This document shows, one piece after another, positions 58,500 through 64,000 of a DNA stretch of 64,000 nt. Source of the stretch: Longimicrobiales bacterium (lineage in GTDB: Bacteria > Gemmatimonadota > Gemmatimonadetes > Longimicrobiales > Gaopeijiaceae); the NCBI GenBank assembly GCA_965198065.1, contig CBDAON010000004.1:2496001-2560000 (forward strand). Direction: 5' to 3'. Position 1 is the stretch's first letter. Each line of letters opens with the position of its first letter. A program made the translations under genes and the position numbers. The notes beneath the pieces were generated by a model. The model worked only from the letters and a program-made list of their open reading frames with translations, had not been told where the DNA came from and made no database searches.

Positions 58500-59934
58500 C
58501 AGTGAGTCCCATCTTTAGTTGAAATTGAAGCGGCCTCCAACCTCAGGTAACGTGGGTGTGCGACCACACCACGGGATCACAAGAGAGGAAGGAGGGCCAC
58601 CGATGGGAAGGATGCCAAGGCTCGTCGAGCGGGGGCAAGAAGGACCGGCGGCTCGGGGAACCGAGGGAGGTGAGTTGGGAGGAGATCGAGGCGCTGGAGC
58701 TGGACCCTCGGGTGGAGCTGATCCGGCAGCTGATTCCGCTGGGACTGGCGGAGGTGGGCCGGATGCTCGAGGAGGAAGTGGAGCAACTGGCGGGGCAACG
58801 TCACGCCAGGAAGACCGAGGACGATCGACATTGCCGGCATGGGCATAACCCAGGGTCGGTGCGGTTGGGCGGCCAGCGGCATCCGGTGCGAGTACCGCGG
58901 GTGCGAGGCCCGGCCGGAGAGTCGAGGCTGGCGGCGTATGAGCAGCTGCATGGCTCGCCCGGCGAGATGGACGAGGGGCTGTTTCGGAAGGTGCTGCTCG
59001 GGATCTCGTGCCGGGACTACGAGGCAGCGGTCGAGGCGGTGCCTGGAGCCATCGGGCTGTCGAAGTCGACGGTCTCGCGGGAGTTCAAGAAGGCCACGGC
59101 CGCGAAGCTGAAGGAGTTTCAGGAGCGGGACCTCTCGGGTTACGACGTGGGGTGGCACTCGTCCTGGACGGCAAGAGCTTTGCCGAGGACGAGATGGTCG
59201 TCGCGCTCGGGGTGACGACCAAGGGGGACAAGGTCTTCCTCGGGTTCGTCCAGACCGACACGGAGAACGCCGTGGTGATCCGATCCTTCCTTCGGAGTCT
59301 GAAGGACCGAGGTCTCGACCTGTCGGCCGGAGCGCTCGTGGTGATCGATGGAGCCCGCGGTCTCCGGAGCGGCGTCCTGGCGGTCTTCAAGGGACAGGTG
59401 CTCATCCAGCGGTGCCAGTGGCACAAGCGGGAGAACGTGATCTCGTATCTGCCGAGAGCGGAGCAGAAGGGCTGGCGCCAGCGTCTGCAGCGCGCCTACC
59501 AGCGGCCCACGTACGAAGAGGCCGTCAAGGACCTCAAGGCCCTGCGCCAGGAGCTCGCGGGGGTGAACCAGTCCGCGGCGGCCAGTCTCGATGAGGGGTT
59601 CGAGGAGACCCTCACCCTCCACCGGTTGGGAGTCTTCCCCCTGGTCGGCCAGTCGCTCAAGACCACCAACGTGCTCGAGTCCGTGAACGCCCTGGCCGAG
59701 CAGAGGTGCGGACGCGTGGACCACTGGAAGAACTCGAGCCAGAAGCACCGATGGCTCGCGACCACGCTCCTGGAGATCTAGTCACGGCTCCGGAGGTTGC
59801 TCGGGTACCGACACCTCCCGCTCCTCAGGGCCGCGATCCAGAAGGACCTCGGGATCACCCTTCCCGAGAGCCGTTCACATGCTGTCGCCTGAGACGGAGG
59901 CCGCTCCAGTTTCAACTAACTTTGGGATTGACTC
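58500..59934 (+). mobile_element. IS256-family element with disrupted transposase
   Basis: Imperfect ~39-bp terminal inverted repeats; LDGK, VIDGARGL, QRCQWHKREN, TTNVLES; frameshift near 59150, probable frameshift near the 5' end, TAG at 59779. Confidence 0.88.
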
Positions 59935-60067
59935 TTACCTTTCCGTTAATTCGCCTGTTGTCGTCCGCATGCTTGGTAGTTCCGAAACCGGGCCCAGGCG
60001 CTGGGCAGTTCCCGCATGTGCGGGAGCGTTACAACTCCACCCCCTGTCTCAACTAGACGCTCAGCGC

Positions 60068-62239
60068 CTATCGGTGGAGGGAGTAGGTGAGCTTCAGGAC
60101 CAACGAAGAGTTGGACAGGTCGGCGTACTCACCGTCGGTAAAGCGTGTCAGATTGTACACCAGGTAAACGTTGTCGATTTGGCGGAAGATGTAGTTGAAG
60201 CGCAGTTGGATGGCAGCCAGGTCTCCCGAGCTGTTGTACTGCAGGAACGCCGAAGTGAGGAGGGAGCCGGTGATTGAAACGTTCGTACGGAGCCCAGCCA
60301 GATGAGTAGTGAACGATCCCTCGGGCAGGTCGACGTCGTTTAAGCTGTAGCTGGGCTGCAGGGACAGGTTCGGGCTCGGTCGGACATTGCCGCTCAGGGA
60401 CACCGAGCGCTTGGTCCCGGTCCAGAAGTTGCCGACCTCTCCGCTGAGTGTTCCCTGAACGGTCCGGCCGTTGAACGTGTTTAGTTGCAGATTCACCGAG
60501 CTCCACTCGTAGCGGCCCTCGGCGAGTGTTACGTCCGGTGCGATCGGGAAGAGTCTCTCGAGCCCTTCGACGCGATTCGTCAAGGTCAGGGAGACCTGGT
60601 CTCCACTCTCGAAGAACGTGCCTAGGCGCAGCACTGCCCGCCGAGTCCTCAGGTCGCCGTCGTCGTCGTGGAAGTAGACAAGGCTGGGAGAGATATCGAA
60701 CTGCCGGATGCGATCGGTGGTGGGCCGGGGCCTGAGAGAAAAACTCCCACCCATCATACGTTGCCGGCGGATGACGAAACCGACCCCGGGGTTGAAGTCC
60801 GACGAAATGTCGAGGACCGTGAACCCAGCTTGTAAGAAGTCGTCGCGCCACTGGACAGCGGCGTGCCGGACCCAACCCTCTCCGTCGGCTTCCGGCTCGA
60901 AGGAGCGGGCCAGCATCGCACCCACCTGCAGGTGCTCGGCGATCACCAGGTTGGCGTCGGCAGCCAGAACCCGGTTGTAGCTGCCGCCCCCCTCGCGACT
61001 CGTTACAACACCGCCGATGTAGGAGCGCCCCATAACCTCTCTGCGCACGCGACCCACAGCGAAGGTCTCACCCGCCGCGCCTTCGATCGCGTCGGTCCGA
61101 GCGTAAAGCATCCCCACATCGAGTCCGGCTGCCTTCCCGGTCAGCTTACCGCCCCCGAGGATGGACTGCGGCGCTCCGCCGGCCAGCCCAATCTGCCGGC
61201 TATAGAACAGCTCCAGCGGCGGCGGCCCGAAGTGTAGCATGTTGATGCCCGCTCGCATCGCGTCTCCACCTTCGATGAAGAACTGACGCTTCTCGGGAAA
61301 GAACAAGCTGAACCGGGTGAGGTTCACCCGCTGCTGGTCAACCTCCGTCTGCGCGAAATCAGGGTTAACCGCCAGATCGGCCGTCAGTTCAGAAGTAAGC
61401 GCGAGCTTGAGGTCGTCGATTCCTACATCGAGGACGACCTCTGAGCCTGAAGGGTCCGGCACGGCTCCCAGGCGCTCCGTCCCTGATACCAGATAGGGCC
61501 TGAAGCGAACGCGCTCCGCCTGCGTGATTCCGGTCAATCCTCGGAGCTGGCCTGCCTGCGACACGTTCGTAAACTCGTAGTCCTGGCTCCAGCCGCTCCA
61601 GTGGGCCGTCTCGTTCTTTCGCTTGATAACCCGTTCGAAGTTGAGCCCCCACTCCTGGTCCCCCTCTGCTGAAGCGAACCGCAAGATCTTGAAGGGAATC
61701 GCCATCTCGAGGGACCAACCGGTCTCGGTGACACGCGCCGCGGCCTCCCACTGTTCATCCCAATCGGCTCTAAGACGGCCCTCGTCGCGAATGGTCGCGT
61801 CAAACAGGGTTCCGAGCGGATTTACACGAAAAGCGAAGCCGCTACGATCGTCATCGAACGTGTCGAACAACACGGTGAAGCGGTCATCGCTATCCAGCGG
61901 ATCGTCTCGTCGGAGCTCGGTTGCCCGTATCAACGAAGGTTCTGAGTCGAAGAGTTCCGCGGCGACGTAAAGAGTCGTGTCGTTGTAGGCGATCCGAACC
62001 ACGGTACGCTCTGTGGCGAGGGAGCCCTCGGCCGGTTCTCTTTGCCGGAAGTCGCTCGCCACGGGGACCCCCACCCATAGCGACTCGTCCAGTGTCCCGT
62101 CGATCACGGGTGCGCTGCTCACTCGCGTGGCAGCGAGCTCTGCGGTAGTCCTATCCTGGGGTTCCTGGGGGGACACCTGTACGGCACCGAGAATGACGGC
62201 TACCGAAGCGAGGGAAATCGGACTAGTGATCATCCACAT
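60068..62239 (-). CDS. CBM9-like / DUF5916 outer-membrane protein, second paralogue
   Basis: PVIDGTLDE, EMAIPFKILRF, NPDFAQTEVD...NLTRFSLFFPEKRQFF, terminal LKLTY; start 62239 or 62233. Confidence 0.85.
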   Translation of the reverse strand: MWMITSPISLASVAVILGAVQVSPQEPQDRTTAELAATRVSSAPVIDGTLDESLWVGVPVASDFRQREPAEGSLATERTVVRIAYNDTTLYVAAELFDSEPSLIRATELRRDDPLDSDDRFTVLFDTFDDDRSGFAFRVNPLGTLFDATIRDEGRLRADWDEQWEAAARVTETGWSLEMAIPFKILRFASAEGDQEWGLNFERVIKRKNETAHWSGWSQDYEFTNVSQAGQLRGLTGITQAERVRFRPYLVSGTERLGAVPDPSGSEVVLDVGIDDLKLALTSELTADLAVNPDFAQTEVDQQRVNLTRFSLFFPEKRQFFIEGGDAMRAGINMLHFGPPPLELFYSRQIGLAGGAPQSILGGGKLTGKAAGLDVGMLYARTDAIEGAAGETFAVGRVRREVMGRSYIGGVVTSREGGGSYNRVLAADANLVIAEHLQVGAMLARSFEPEADGEGWVRHAAVQWRDDFLQAGFTVLDISSDFNPGVGFVIRRQRMMGGSFSLRPRPTTDRIRQFDISPSLVYFHDDDGDLRTRRAVLRLGTFFESGDQVSLTLTNRVEGLERLFPIAPDVTLAEGRYEWSSVNLQLNTFNGRTVQGTLSGEVGNFWTGTKRSVSLSGNVRPSPNLSLQPSYSLNDVDLPEGSFTTHLAGLRTNVSITGSLLTSAFLQYNSSGDLAAIQLRFNYIFRQIDNVYLVYNLTRFTDGEYADLSNSSLVLKLTYSLHR

Positions 62240-62437
62240 GCATGTGCCATGAGTGTCGGCGCTGGCGCTCACTCGTGACGGAGCGCTTCCGATCGGATCC
62301 ATCAGCAGTTCGCCGTCCGAGAGCTTGCCCACTCATGACACCCGGCAAACGATCCCTGTTGAAAGATACGCGCGCCAAGCGCCCCGGACTCCCCACGCCC
62401 GGGGAAATGACACAGCAGAACCGAGGCGGACCCTGAT

Positions 62438-63409
62438 CTGGACCCGTTAAGCCGAACGCCCCGCCTCCTCTCGACTTCGGCGGGCACAAACCCCGAGGCC
62501 TTCGGGGCCGCGGAGTGGAGTCTCCTCGCGGGGATCGCGACGATCTGGGGATCGTCGTTCCTCCTCATGGAGATCGGGCTCCAGTCGCTCCGGCCCGGGC
62601 TAATCACCTTCCTCCGGATCACGTTCGGGGCCGTCGCCCTGTTCCTCGTCCCCCGCGCCCGTCGAACGCGCGTCCGGAGCGAGGACCTCCCGCGCGTGGC
62701 GCTCCTCGGCGTCACCTGGATGGCGCTCCCCCTCCTCCTCTTCCCGATCGCCCAGCAGTGGATCGACTCGTCTGTCGCGGGAATGATCAACGGGGCAGTC
62801 CCGCTCACGGCTGCCCTCTGGTCCACCCTCCTCCTCGGGCGCCTCCCGCCCCGCGTCCAGGTGTTGGGGATCTCCGTGGGCTTCGTCGGAATCCTCGCGG
62901 TGTCCCTCCCCGAGCTTCCCCTCGGAGGGCTCGTGGTCGGCGGCACGGTGGAGACCGCGCTCGGCACCACGCTCGTGTTTCTCGCCGTCGTGCTCTACGG
63001 GCTCTCGACCAACCTCGCTGTCCCCCTCCAGCAACGGTACGGCTCGCTGGCCGTCCTCCTCCGCGCCCAGGTGGCCGCGCTCGTGATCGTGACTCCGGCG
63101 GGTCTCTATTCCCTCCCGGGATCGAGCTTCGAGTGGGGCCCGGTCCTCGCCATGGTGCCGCTCGGCGTGCTCGGAACGGGGGTCGCCTTCGTCCTCATGA
63201 CCATGCTTGTGGGGCGGGTCGGGGGTCCTAGAGGCTCGGTCGCGATCTACTTTGTTCCGATCGTCGCGATGGCCCTGGGGGCCCTCCTCCTCGGCGAGGA
63301 GATCCACCCCCTCGCGCTCTTCGGGACCGGGCTCATCCTTGCCGGGGCCTGGGTCGCGTCCCGGCGGGAGCGGACGACTCCGGTGTCCGACGACGCTCGA
63401 TCCACGTAG
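62438..63409 (+). CDS. EamA/DMT family transporter (start upstream of ATG 62567, possibly CTG 62438)
   Basis: In-frame EWSLLAGIATIWGSSFLL precedes the listed ATG; LGVLGTGVAF, LLGEEI. Confidence 0.82.
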   Translation: MDPLSRTPRLLSTSAGTNPEAFGAAEWSLLAGIATIWGSSFLLMEIGLQSLRPGLITFLRITFGAVALFLVPRARRTRVRSEDLPRVALLGVTWMALPLLLFPIAQQWIDSSVAGMINGAVPLTAALWSTLLLGRLPPRVQVLGISVGFVGILAVSLPELPLGGLVVGGTVETALGTTLVFLAVVLYGLSTNLAVPLQQRYGSLAVLLRAQVAALVIVTPAGLYSLPGSSFEWGPVLAMVPLGVLGTGVAFVLMTMLVGRVGGPRGSVAIYFVPIVAMALGALLLGEEIHPLALFGTGLILAGAWVASRRERTTPVSDDARST

Positions 63410-63526
63410 TGACCGGGTGCTCCTCAGGCGATAACTTCTGCCCCGCCGTGGGCTCCCTGGGGGCGCCGTCTCTCTCTAGAGCGGCGCCCCCGCGGCGTTC
63501 CTCCCGTTCACTTCGAGCTGTAAGCG

Positions 63527-64000
63527 ATGGGCTCCACCAAGCCGAAAGGAAAGTTCGACCGGACCATCGTCGAGGGTCCGATCCGCCGTGCCGTCTGGAA
63601 GCTCGCGTGGCCGACGATGCTCCAGAACATCATCGGCGGTGTCCAAGGGATCGTGGACCACGCGATGGTGGGGCACTACGTGGGGTTCACCGGAAACGCC
63701 GCGATCGGCGTCTCGTGGCAGATCTTCCTAGTCGTCATGGTGTTCATCAGCTCCCTCTTCACCGGGATGGGCGTGATGGTCGCGCGCTTCGCCGGCGCGG
63801 ACGAACCCGAGAAGGTGAACCGGGTCGTCTACCAGGCGTTCTTGACGGCCCTCATCCTGGCCTTCGTCATCCTTGCCCCCGTCGGGTATTTCCTTGCCCC
63901 GTGGCTCCTCGATCTCATCAATGCCACGGCGGAGGTCCAGGGGGAGGCGCTCCCCTACCTCCGCATCATGTTCGTGTTCAGCATCGGGATGCTCACGTTC
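63527..64000 (+). CDS. MATE family efflux transporter (3' partial)
   Basis: EGPIRRAVWKLAWP...VDHAMVGH...AAIG...VARFAGA...PYLRI. Confidence 0.88.
   Translation, partial: MGSTKPKGKFDRTIVEGPIRRAVWKLAWPTMLQNIIGGVQGIVDHAMVGHYVGFTGNAAIGVSWQIFLVVMVFISSLFTGMGVMVARFAGADEPEKVNRVVYQAFLTALILAFVILAPVGYFLAPWLLDLINATAEVQGEALPYLRIMFVFSIGMLTF

Larger units (their letters stand above)
41032..62350. mobile_element. Decayed genomic island downstream of tRNA-Cys (right boundary approximate)
   Basis: Abrupt end of housekeeping genes, many IS pieces and truncated ORFs, visibly more A/T-rich patches. Confidence 0.7.

Overview
High-GC bacterial window; gene order and protein families suggest Gemmatimonadota (inference). 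1-41 kb is core-like: end of a peptide ABC transporter, membrane and transport genes, a ~14 kb molybdenum cluster (moaA, split xdhC, MocA-type genes, MoaD-MoaE fusion, a Tat-exported PaoABC-like oxidoreductase followed by a cytochrome b subunit and an unknown 149-aa protein), then thrS-infC(ATA start)-rpmI-rplT-pheST-zapB-like-zapA-rny-folD-xseAB-ispA-dxs-nadK-recN, tRNA-Gly and tRNA-Cys. After tRNA-Cys lies a ~21 kb decayed accessory island with four IS3-family copies or remnants, IS256-family pieces, a truncated BlaI/BlaR1 pair, remnants resembling an integrative mobilisable element, an attC-like site with a cassette-type ORF, tRNA-Val, a TonB-dependent receptor and a second DUF5916-like gene. 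Its most striking intact module is a helicase-less Type ISP/IIG-like restriction-modification gene translationally coupled to a DUF433/DUF5615-like toxin-antitoxin pair. The window ends in EamA and MATE genes. All family calls are motif recognition by eye; no database search was run.
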